In this document: positions 38,476-49,302 of the stretch, piece after piece | How positions within the stretch are numbered: the first letter of the stretch is position 1 | Layout of the letters: each line of letters opens with the position of its first letter | Assembly (NCBI GenBank): GCA_010093995.1 | Contig: ML992507.1 | Coordinates: 803,576 to 867,575, forward strand | Length of the DNA: 64,000 nt | Reading direction: 5' to 3' | From: Elsinoe ampelina | Lineage: Eukaryota | Translations under genes and position numbers: made by a program | The notes under the pieces: generated by a model | Seen by the model: only the letters and a program-made list of their open reading frames with translations | The model's database searches: none | Told to the model about the DNA's origin: nothing

Positions 38476-39907
38476 AATGGGAGGAGATGTAACGATGGGT
38501 GTGCTAGACTGTTGTGTGAAGAATGCAGGGTGGGATGATAGAGGGATAGCTGTGGTTCAGTGACCGTTGTGAGACTGTGTTTGTTATGACGAAAGAAGAA
38601 GCTGAAAATGCCGGAGGAGGGGCGAGGTGGACAAGGAAGCTCGAGTTTGAAAGTGTGAGGGATATTGATACAAACTCGGAACGTTGCAGCGAAAGGTCTT
38701 TTAATGGAGCTCAACGAAAGGGAAACTCGAGCCAAACAGAACAGCCACCAAACTATGACATGGACTGTCTTTGTCAGTTGCTGACCTCAATCTTCTGGCA
38801 GATGGTTCGGCGTTCGCAAGTCGTTGCCATGGGCCGAGTTTTGCCGGCAGAAAAGTCCGACTTCTCCGAATCATGTTAGGGCCTCGGATTCGAGCTGACT
38901 TTGCACATGGAATAATCGGTCATGGCGTTTGTCTTTGTCCGTAAGCATCGCGGCCTTGACAAACTCCGTTCTATCACATCAATGTTGAGAGCTCCGTGAT
39001 GTGTCATGTAGATGGGCTTGTCTTGTATCAACCTACCATATGCAGGCAAGACTGGATATGCGAGAGATGACCCATGAGCATCTAATAATTGCTGAATCAG
39101 CGGCATGTAGACGAATGAGAAAAGCTTGTTTCACCTGTCCAACGGCTTTTGGGAAGCGGCAAGCCACAGTTTTGGGCGGAAACCTGAAGCATCTGCCAGT
39201 CTGCAGTCACGAGAGTCCAGCATCCATTTCGCAAATTTGTGCACCTCTTTCATGCTCCAGTCTCGACCCGCTGTCAAAATCTGCCGGTATTGCTCTTGTT
39301 GCTCCGGCAGCCGAGTTTGCTATCTGTGTCCGTGTTCACAGCATGCTCAAATACTGTATCTTCCTGCGTATTGGTACTTGTGGAGCTGCCCGGCTGCCTC
39401 GGGGTCAACAATGCAGTATCCAGCAGGGTGGGATCAGGGTTTACCACTTGAGGATCAAGACGGACCCTGTCAGCAACGACTGACTGTAGGGCAGCTGAAC
39501 GAAGAACCCTCAGCCGTGCCTGAGGGTTCTTCATAGATGTGAGATTTGATGCTGACACTTTCACCAAAGCAGATCTCTGTCAGATCACCTCAAAATAGTC
39601 TTTGTTGGGGGTGCTCAGTCTGGCACAAAATCGACAAACCACAGGTCGGCCGTGTTGTTTCCGTCCCAGAATTGACGTCAGGATTTCTGGACCTTGCCGA
39701 ATCAGACTTGGCTGCCGTGAGATCACTCCACATGTCGGTCGGTCGAGATTATTCCTTGCTTCCACGAGTTCTTGTTCCACCACTTCCGGGACCCTGCACT
39801 CTTCATCCTCCGCTGCATAACTCGTCCTCGTCAGGCATTCCCAGGTCATTCATCCTTCATAAAACTTCCATTGCTCCCCCGACGCATTGTTTTCAACCAC
39901 CGCAATC

Positions 39908-40673
39908 ATGCCCATGATCAGGAATCCGTTTCGCAAGCAGGACGAGAACGCACGTCCATTGAATGAGAAGACAGAGCCGCGCATGTCGATCGACACCAAA
40001 CAACCGACAGAGTACAAGCTGAGCGGTATGTTATTGTACCGATCGCATTGGGAAACCATCTGACATGGAACAGAGATCAACGACAGTGGAGTCTATCTTC
40101 CAGTACGCAACTTCATCCACCGCCAAAATGTAAACAAATCGTCTGACCGCAATACAGCCATCTCCGACTGAGCGTTCAAAGACCTTTTGGTCTAGCCGGT
40201 CCAATGGATCCACCACCTCTTCCAACCAGCGCAGCATCTTGGGTCCGGATGAACCCTTTAATATTTCTCGGGAGTCTTTCGACTCGTACAGACGGTCATT
40301 TGTATGTCGCATAGCATAGACATGCTTCTCTGTTGCATTCTGACAATTCTAGGATATCTCCGCCCGATCTCCGATTATGCAGCAAGAAGGCTTCCCCCGC
40401 GCATCACTGGACTCCCGCCTGCCCATTCAACCTCGACACTCTTCGTCCTTTACTCGACCAGAGCCTACTCGAGAGGAAGACTTTGAAGATGTTGGATTGA
40501 ACGACGAAGCGAAGCCCAAGAAGCGTGGATTCTTCGGCAGATTTGGCGATTCGGCAGACCACCCACACGAGACTGGCCATCACTTTCACATCGGCGGTAG
40601 GAAGAGAGGCCAGAGCGGTACTGGACAAGAATTGGGTGACATGAAGGGTCGCCCTGGTTCCAGCAGCCACTAA
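39908..40673 (+). CDS. Small hypothetical protein, 4 exons
   Basis: MPMIRNPFRK..EYKLS, EINDSGVYLP, PSPTER..EPFNISRESFDSYRRSF and DISARSP..FEDVGLND are joined by three canonical introns. Confidence 0.8.
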
Positions 40674-41312
40674 GATTGTGTAATATTTGTTCGGTTTCTT
40701 TGCTTCATTGCATATCATTGACAGGACGGCGTGGCCGATTGGGGAAATTGCATTGGGAATGGGATTGGAACGGGTATACGACATAACCAGATGACATAGA
40801 TCTGGTGCTATGAAGGCTGCTCCCAAGCATAGCGGCTTTGATGAGAGATTGGGCCTGGTCAATGCCGAACGATTAATGTATGAATGGATGACTATTTCGC
40901 AATTCTCTGCCACCAGCAATGTCTGTCATTGAGACTCGCCGCACAAAACGTCCCCCAGCACGTGTGATTGTTGTAGGTTCGCATACACATGCACCAGTTC
41001 AGCCCTACAACCAAGTGATGATTCATGTGGCGTCCCCACAGCGCAAGTCCCAAAACCATCCCCGCCAAGCACTCTACGCGTGCCACGAAATCTCCACGAA
41101 TTCTCACGTGTGGCACCCCAAAGCGGAAGTGAGTTTGCAGAACCAAACAACCTCCAACTTCACCTTTGAATTTCCACCACCGCCTTTGCGAACACCCTAT
41201 ATTCTTGGATATTTCTACGTCCAACACTTCTGGATACGTCGCCATGTTTGTGTGACCCATCGACCCAACAAGAGCCACACCCAACTCTCACTGTCCAAAT
41301 CATCGAACAACA

Positions 41313-42587
41313 ATGGACCCCTTCACGATCCCTCCCTTCCGCCCAGAAGCAGAGCGCCACGACTCTGCCTTCTCATCCCTCTCTACGCCCCCCATATCTG
41401 CCCCATCAGCGCCGGCCAAGCGCTCAGCTGTCCACACCCCTGTGCTGCAATCGATCGACACGTCGCCTGCGAGCATAGATGCCTTCAAGCGTCTCCAGCC
41501 AGCCCCGGCCACGGGCACCTTTGTCCGAGGCTTCGGCGGAGAAGGGAATCCCGGAAGCGGAGATATCTTCGGAATAAGCATTCCGATACCGCAGGACCAC
41601 GAGCAGGCAGAGAGGAGGGAGAACATGAGATTCCGGAACAAGAGAGCGAGAGGAAGTGCAGGGGGTTTGGGCAAACAGAATCGGGAGAACGGCAGCGAGT
41701 ACATGGATGCAGTTATGGGAGAGCCGAGCAAAGCGCCTGTGTGGGTGAGAGATGGGTCAAAGAGGCCTTTGGGGGAGATGAGGATTGACGTCAGCGCCGG
41801 GAACGTGGACGATAGTCTGGACGACAGTGCTGAGATACAAGAGGATCCATTCAACACTGGTCGCAAGATCAGGGCGAGAAAGCCCAGGGACGAACCGAGG
41901 TGGAGTGCCAGCTCAAGTGAGGGCGAGAGGAACTTCAGCAGGGAGTACCCGCCCAGCCCAAAGAAGAGTCCCGTCAAGCGACTGCTGTTCAAGACGGATG
42001 GACGACCGAGAGGATTAGACTTTGACAGCACATACGGCAGCGTGAATGCCTCACAAGACGAAGCCGAAGTTGGAGAAGAAGACTCTTTCCTAGGAGGCAT
42101 GGCGAATGGGTTCATGCAACGACGAGGCAAAGGAAAAGAAATCCAGCCAGCAGAAGAAGAAGACGAACCCGCGGAGCTACAACACTTCCATCGAATCGAA
42201 AGACCACGAGCCAGGCGATCTCTGATGCGCAGGCGCAGAACGACCGTGCACGAAGACCCCATCACAAGCCCAAAGGTCGACTCGACAAGCAGAATCACGA
42301 AGCCAGACCCCAAGAGAGTCGGATCGGGGAGCTCACTCAGCAGTGTCGAGGAGGCAGCCGTGGTCCAGGAAGTCGCTGGCAAGACGAGACCTGGCCTGCC
42401 TCGACGGACGAGTCTGATGGAGCTGGAGGATACCCCGAGGAAGGCGGAGAAGAAGAAGGTCGCGGTCATGGAGAGGCAGATGTGGGATGCTTGTGGAAGG
42501 GATACGGCGAGGTGGAATAGGGGAGACTTTTCGAGTGGGGCTGTCAACGGGCTGGCCGAGGGGTTGGTGGTGGCTTGTCGTTGGTGA
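41313..42587 (+). CDS. Hypothetical, probably disordered, protein (424 aa)
   Basis: Uninterrupted ATG-started ORF in good context (acaATGG); no domain recognised. Confidence 0.65.
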   Translation: MDPFTIPPFRPEAERHDSAFSSLSTPPISAPSAPAKRSAVHTPVLQSIDTSPASIDAFKRLQPAPATGTFVRGFGGEGNPGSGDIFGISIPIPQDHEQAERRENMRFRNKRARGSAGGLGKQNRENGSEYMDAVMGEPSKAPVWVRDGSKRPLGEMRIDVSAGNVDDSLDDSAEIQEDPFNTGRKIRARKPRDEPRWSASSSEGERNFSREYPPSPKKSPVKRLLFKTDGRPRGLDFDSTYGSVNASQDEAEVGEEDSFLGGMANGFMQRRGKGKEIQPAEEEDEPAELQHFHRIERPRARRSLMRRRRTTVHEDPITSPKVDSTSRITKPDPKRVGSGSSLSSVEEAAVVQEVAGKTRPGLPRRTSLMELEDTPRKAEKKKVAVMERQMWDACGRDTARWNRGDFSSGAVNGLAEGLVVACRW

Positions 42588-43024
42588 AGGCATGAGCGGT
42601 GTCAGAACGCATACGGTTGATGCATGCATGGACTGGATGATTTGGTGGTGGAAATGCATAGCGTGGAGAGAGGTTCTGGATTCAAGGATGGGAAGGCAGG
42701 CTTGATATACAGAACTGCTTTGGCAGAATCATAAAATGACATTACAACTTTTCATAATCCATCGCTCAAGCAGTGTGTACTATTTGCTCATGTTTTTAAG
42801 ATTGATCGAATTGGTGTTGCAGGAAGCCATTTGATAGCCGAGGTCAGCTCGACGTGTACCGTACAGTCAGTCAGTACTACCAGTTGGAAGATGCCTTCGT
42901 TGGCTGACTTTCGACGGCCACATCGGTCTGCTAGGTATCGCACTGCGATGGTGTTGAACAACCCACCACCAACTGATTTTGTCTCACAGCGAATGAGCCA
43001 GTAACCAATAACCACTGAAACGCC

Positions 43025-44558
43025 ATGTCTAACGGACAAGGCCGCAACGAGGGCTCCACGACCCCGGACGAGGAGAATGCAACAGGGAAGGGAGTTGCTC
43101 TAGCTGGAGGATCCCAACCATCGGCAATGCCAAACCGCCCGCGCCCCCATTCTGGGCCCATTCGCTCCGAGGTCGCATTTGTATCAACGGATAGAGGGCA
43201 TTTCGAGAGAGTAGACCAGGCTGCGAAACATTACGTCGACCCCGAGTACGCCGACCTAGACACCGTGGACCGTCGACTCATAGAGTTCGTCGAAATGCTA
43301 GTCCTAATCATGATCGAGCACATCAACTCCAAAGGCAAGGGTCTTAACGGTGGCGTCATTAACAAAGTTACCTTCTGTGAGCTGTAGGAAGAGACTACCG
43401 TCCGCCTGGGTTTGCCGAAGGTGCTCGATTATGAAACAAAGATCGGCAAGCAATCAGGGCATACCTACCGAACAAAGCTCAACCTCGAAGACGATGACGA
43501 CGAGAGTGGTCAGGCTACGGAAGAGGAGCCGGAGGTAGACGAAGATGAGAAGCCGGGCAAGAAATCTAAAACCCCCGATGATGACGACTCCGGCTCTAGC
43601 TCCGACAGCAGTTGCGACGATGTTACCTCTAACGAGGGATACGATCTAGAGAAAGGTCTCCAGCAGGCGCTGGAGGACTTGGTGGGCGATCCCGAGGAGA
43701 CACTCCAAGAACCTACCGAGAAGGAGAAGACCCCAAGCCCACAGGGACAAAGCGTAGGCGTATTTTGACCTCCGAGGAAAAGGAAGAAAAGAGGGCGAAG
43801 AAGGCAGAGAAAGATCATGAGGCGCTCATGAATCTCCTCGCTGGGCAGCGTTTCCTGGCCGAGATCGACAAGATCAATTTCACGCATGGAGCACACAAGA
43901 CTGTCATCCGCGACATTGCCAAGGTCCTAGACCATAGAAGCCAGTCGATCGAGGTCAACGAGCCCCCTGTCGCTGAGGGCCTGCTCCGCGCCATGATGGA
44001 CACGATTAGGGCAGCCACCTCCAAGGATACTCTGCTCTTTATGCTTAGCATGTGCTAGATCCTCGTTCACTTCCCAGAGTACTTGAAAAAACTCGCGACC
44101 GAACTGCAGTTCGGTCTGTCCGTCGAGAACAAGCTCAGGGAGACCCAGCGCCTCTGGAACCTGAACGTCGTCAGTATATCTGTCCTGCTGATCGCACGAT
44201 CGATGACGCCCTGGTCGTCCACGATCATCGCCACCATGTCCAATCGTTCGTGGCAGCAAACGACTTCAAGCTCTCACCTCGATTGATGGTCGTACCGAAA
44301 GTCAGCGCTCTAGACAAGGTCCGGCCATCTCTCTGGGTGGCAACATACTACCAGCAGAAAACCATTGTGGTAGTTCATCCTCACGCATTCACCTTCATCT
44401 ACAATGCTGGTACCACGGCCGGTGCAGGTCGATGTGACATCGGAGAGATACTACCAGCGAAATCTCAATCTGGTAGTGCATCAGCGTTGTGTGATGCACT
44501 AGTGACCATGAGCTATTGGCAGGTTTTGCTGGCTTCCGCACCATGCACCGAGGCATAG
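43025..44558 (+). pseudogene. Disrupted hypothetical gene with an acidic region and a basic KRRR patch
   Basis: Consecutive ORF fragments line up across in-frame TAGs (43385-43387, 44056-44058) and two apparent 1-bp losses (about 43731-43734 and 44164-44165). Confidence 0.55.
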
Positions 44559-44998
44559 CGGATATATTGGGCATCTTGCAGCTGTAGGTAGGGCGCTCGA
44601 ATGTGCGGCGTTGAAATGTCATGACCATTTGGAAGAGTGTGTTGCCTAATGTCCCGTTGGGGTCCTTTGCTGCTAAGGACATGCGGAGCCTTACTCGGTG
44701 GATTAGTCTGAGCTCCCTTTCTTGCTGTGTCATGATTGTTTCCGTCGACAGCAGTGTAGAAGCTGTCTGGGCAGATCATCGGCATGAACGATGTGCTTTT
44801 TCATCTGCGGAGATTTGCTTGCAGCCGGTAGCTCTTACAAAGTCGTCAATTTTGTCACGTACATCGATGTAAGCATCGATGCCTGAATTTGCAGTCTTGT
44901 CGCTTAGTTTTCCCCGTACTTAGCACTCATAGTGTCATCCTATGGCAACGAAAGAAGTCCAGCACAATCAGTGAGATGACCACCGGTCGAGAGGATTA

Positions 44999-47900
44999 CA
45001 GTCGTTTTGAGTTCAACCGAGCCACCCCGGGCTTGGCGTGTTGTACTCCGCGTCGACCTCTCGTTATTAAATTTAGCTAGCTAGAAGTCTATAGAGAATA
45101 CCGATAAATTAAAGCTGAAAAAAGGTGTAATAGTCGCTATACTGCTCTAATTAGGTTGTTACTATTATAGTTAATTATTAGATAGCTAAATTAAAACTAG
45201 TAGATATATAGTTCTTACTTGCTAAAGAGTATACTAATTATGCTATTTATGCTACTACTAAGGTAGCTAGAGCTATAATTCGCTAAATTCGACTATTCCT
45301 TAAGTTCTTTAGTACTTCTTATTCTTCTATTAAAGCTTATATACTACACTCTTATACTTTTACTCCTTTCTTAAAAGATGTAAGTCCTTTATAGCTAAGC
45401 TCTTTCTATACTAACCTATCTAAGGAGGTAATAGCCTACCTAAATAACATCTCTACTACTTATCTTAATAAAGTTTAAGCCTTCTTAAGGGAGATATACA
45501 ATTGCTAAGTATACTTAAGTATAATCTAGTATATAATCTAGCGCTAGTAGTAGTCTCGAAAGGTAACTAAGAAGGTAGCGGCTAAAAGAGATATAATACT
45601 TAGGGCAAATTAGACTCGAAGGTATATACTTTAGCTAGTCGATAGAATTATTTATATTAATAAGTTAGCTTATAATAAGTATATAGTATAGAGGAGATAT
45701 AGGTAGGTACCTATTAGTAAGAAGTATATAGATATCTAGCTAAAGTAGCGTAGTAAGAGGTAGAGCGTATTACTAGCTATTACTATTAATAGCTATCTCT
45801 CTAGTACCTTAATCTACTATAGATTAATTACTAGTAAGATCTTTATTAGCTAGCTAATAGATGTAATAATACTAGAGCTTCTAGCTAGTATAATCTTTAT
45901 TATAGATAATACTTTAATCTACTAGAGCGATAAGGTAAAGAAGCTAGTATAAGAGTATAGAAGTTACCTTAAATACCTACTGCTCTATTTGCTAGATTTT
46001 AATTCTATCGAGTAATTCTTCTTAGTACTAAAGGCATAGGTAAAGTAATACTACGATCTAGTCGCTAGGTACAAGGAATATGCTAATTTCTTAGAGCTAG
46101 CTATCTACTTATATAGCGGACTATACGCTAAGGCGCACTTTAAGAGCTATAGATATAGCATAAGGTTATAGGGGATCTATTTAGTATATAAGAAATTACT
46201 TATGTTAAATAAGTTTAATACTAAGACCTAGTAAAAACTCTTTACTACTACTATAACTACTCTATACTATACGTATACTACTCCGAGTTAGATAAACTAA
46301 GTCTAGTTTAGTAGCCGAACTAGATTAATATCTATCTCGGCCGCCGAGCTAGTTAAATTGTCTATTGCGCTACGTAAATTAGTATCTATATTAGCTACTA
46401 TAAACTAGGCAAAAGTGCCTATTTCGACCGCTAAGATAGTAAGGTATCTAACTTACTTAATTCGATCTAGCTCGTATAACTATCTTAGAGTAATACTAGC
46501 GCTTAAAAGGGCTAATTTAGCTTTAAATCTAGTATAGAAGGCCTTTATTAAAGGCCTAGGTATCTCTCTACCTATCTAAGTATATATCTCTTATACTATC
46601 GAGGTTATAATTCTCCTTCTTTAGCTTAAATTTAACCTAATCTAGCACCTAAATATCTCTTTTAAAGCTTTTCTTTCTCTTTATCTACTTAAAGAATTTA
46701 GTTAAAACTTTATAAGGGTCGGCCTTAGAGGTAATAGGTAAGGATCTTAAGTCGTTTATAGGCCCTAAGCGCTACTATAGCTAGTAAGAAGTAATTAAGT
46801 TTATAATATTAATATAGTTAATAGGTGTTAGAGAAAGTATAAAAGGCGCTAAAGACGCTAAAGGCGTTAGTATTAGTAGTATTAGTAGAGCGCTTTTAAC
46901 ACTTCTTAAGGCCTTTAAGTAATTAAGGCTTAATATAAGGCCTATAGAAGGACGATTAATAGTGGCTTTACTATTGTAAATAGTAGTAGCCTAGGTATAC
47001 TTATTCTCTATTATAATTTAGTAGTACTTACTAGTTAATATACGCTAGTATAACCTCTTATAGTTATAGTAATTACAATTAGTACAAGTCTATACCGACT
47101 CTAATAGAGGCTTCTTATTGCTATTTACGCTCTCGAGTATACTACGTAATTAGCTCGTTACCGAGCCTTAACCTTATAATAGTAGCGCTAGCTATACTAT
47201 CTACGAAGATAGTAGTATTATACTAGCTACTAGAGTCTATACTATCCTTACTAGCGTCGATCTAAGGGAGGATTACTATAAAGGTAGTAGTAGTAGACCT
47301 ATTAAAGAGCTTAGAACTAGTATAGTTAAAGGTAGTTATATAACTCTTAAATTTACTATAGAGTTTATAGCTATTAGTACCTTCTTTATCTCGGTAGTAA
47401 GGCTAAGCCTAAGCTACTAGCAATCCTTAGTAAGCTAATCTTCAAGCTTATTAACTAGCCTCTATATCTTAGCTAGCTCTAATATTACTACTCTAAATAG
47501 CTACTATATACTAAGACGCTTATAGATAGTAGCATAATTAAGTAAAAGTAGCTCAAGTATAGCTTAAGTAATAAGACTACTCTTCTCTACTGCCTAATTA
47601 GCTAGTACTAACTACGATAGATTACTTAGCTAGCTAAACATATGCTTATTATAGTATAGAGTCTTACTTCTAAGCTTTACTACTAGTCTTACCTCTACTA
47701 TCTAACTAAGATAGAGTATATCTAAGTCGCTAGGATCGGTCTCTAGTAACTCCGGCACTTACGACGACTATAGCACCTCTATTACTTATATATCTAGCTC
47801 TTCCTCTAGTGCTATATCTAACTTAATTAACTACCTTAGCTAGTCTAGTATAGGTGTTAGAAATCTTAATTAAAGAGACAGCTACTAAGATCTAGCTTGT

Positions 47901-48409
47901 AAAGGTAGTATAACTTAGTTTATAGCTTACTCTATAAGCCTCTAAAGAGCTAAGTTAGTAGATATAACCTCTAGATAAGGTACTACCTATACTAGCGCTA
48001 GTATATAGCTCTTTAGCTAAATAGTTAAACTATAACAAAGGTTATCTAGTACCTTCTCTAACGAGCTTAAGAAGTGCCTTAAAGAAGAAGAGACTAGTAG
48101 CAACGACGAAGAAGTAGAGAATATTATAATTGTCTCCTATACTACTCTTTAAGGTTTCTTTATATAGCTAGAGCAATAGTTAGTTATAGAAGAAGGACAC
48201 TTACGAGCTATAATATAAAGTAACGTTAGTGTATACTAACTAGTCAATTATACCTTTTTTTTAGCTTTAATTTCATTTAAATAGATAGTGTTATTAAGCT
48301 ATTTAACTCTATATTCTCTCTAGATCTCTAGCTAGCTAATTTTAGTAAGTAGAAGTTAGTAAAGAGTACTACTAAGCCCGGGGTAGCTTAGTTAAACTTA
48401 AAACGACTG
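44999..48409 (+). mobile_element. RIP-degenerated Tc1/mariner (IS630-Tc1, DD34E) DNA transposon, 3411 bp
   Basis: TA on both flanks (44997-44998 and 48410-48411). Left TIR CAGTCGTTTTGAGTTCAACCGAGCCACCCCGGGCTT matches the right TIR in reverse complement, CAGTCGTTTTAAGTTTAACTAAGCTACCCCGGGCTT. The interior is very AT-rich and TpA-rich. Confidence 0.92.
45880..46050 (+). pseudogene. DDE transposase catalytic remnant
   Basis: ata gat aat act tta atc tac reverts to MDNASIH, and tac cta ctg ctc tat ttg cta gat ttt aat tct atc gag taa reverts to YLPPYSPDFNPIEQ, by undoing C>T/G>A changes. D at 45905 and E at 46010 are 35 codons apart (D-x34-E). Confidence 0.88.
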
Positions 48410-48697
48410 TATTATAGCATGTTTTAGCTTACGAATACAGATATAAAATTGTGTATAGTGTTCTTTATAGAGATAGGCCTTATCCGTAACAATCTCTAGC
48501 GTTTCTACTAATATAACATATTTCTAGTTCGAGCTTATATCTAATTAAACTTCTATAAGTGTAATTGTAATTGTAATGACTTACTACACAAGTTGGCATA
48601 GGCTATAGTGTGTTTTGTGTGAAGTTCTTGCAGCATTAAGCACACGGGACGTTTTCGTGGGGCCGACGCACGGATCCCCACAGAATTTGTCTTGCAA

Positions 48698-48704
48698 TAT
48701 ATAA
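48698..48704 (+). promoter_or_regulatory. TATA element upstream of the tRNA-Leu gene
   Basis: TATATAA begins 49 nt upstream of the mature tRNA +1, with a CAA about 30 nt downstream (48728-48730). Function is inferred. Confidence 0.5.
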
Positions 48705-48746
48705 TTTACCAACCAAGGGTCTTTCATCAAAAGCTGTTCCAGCTCC

Positions 48747-48997
48747 GGGAGGGTGAGTAAAATCGTACAACCTCTTCCAGGGCATGAAACTAATAAAACG
48801 CTTCAGATGGCCGAGCGGTTAAGGCGCCACGTGTGCGGATTCTCCAATGCTCATCATCTTCGCCACCACTGACCGGCAGCAGTAAGGTCTAACCTTGACA
48901 TCAATCCGTGGTTCGAAAGAGCGTGGGTTCGATTCGAAAGTCTTCCAATCCATCGAATAATTCCGACAAACTAATACCTGTCCAGCCACTCCTCTCA
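48747..48997 (+). tRNA. tRNA-Leu(AAG) interrupted by three spliceosomal-type introns and one canonical 37/38 intron
   Basis: Exons 48747-48752, 48807-48832, 48883-48887, 48906-48935 and 48986-48997 join to GGGAGGA TG GCC GAGCGGTTAA GGC G CCACG TTAAGGC CGTGG TTCGAAAGAGC GTGGG TTCGATT CCCAC TCCTCTC A. All four stems pair, the variable arm is long as in Leu tRNAs, and the discriminator is A. Confidence 0.88.
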
Positions 48998-49003
48998 ACA
49001 TAC

Positions 49004-49013
49004 TTTTTCTTTT
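49004..49013 (+). terminator. RNA polymerase III oligo-T terminator
   Basis: TTTTTCTTTT starts 7 nt after the discriminator base; there is no T4 run inside the gene. Confidence 0.7.
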
Positions 49014-49200
49014 GGGCTTGCTCTGAATCTTTTGCTCACTTTTGCTACACCAACTTTTGCCTCCTCTGTACAAACTGTCTGGTCTCACTTCCTACGCATT
49101 ATGTGGCTGCAAGAGTATTTGCTTACTGCAACGCAATTTGAGTCTACGTCCTTACAACAGAGGTACTGCAACACATGTCATGGAGCTTGAGTAAAGTCTG

Positions 49201-49302
49201 GCACACGTGGCGCCTTAACAGCTCGGCCATCTGAAGCGTTTTATTAGTTTCATGCCCTGGAAGAGGTTGTACGATTTTACTCACCCTCCCGGAGCTGGAA
49301 CA
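49201..49302 (-). repeat. 102-bp inverted duplicate of 48735-48836 (5' part of the tRNA gene including intron A)
   Basis: The reverse complement matches with one mismatch (gagcGgtt vs gagcTgtt in the D-loop). The copy stops 4 nt into intron B. Confidence 0.95.

Noticed and set aside
48819..49141. Short ORFs overlapping the tRNA locus, suggesting the introns belong to an mRNA
   Set aside because: No meaningful protein results from splicing, whereas the spliced RNA gives a fully paired cloverleaf.
49020..49200. Possible second complete tRNA on the minus strand continuing from the inverted copy
   Set aside because: No anticodon 3' strand, T arm or acceptor 3' strand was found beyond 49201.
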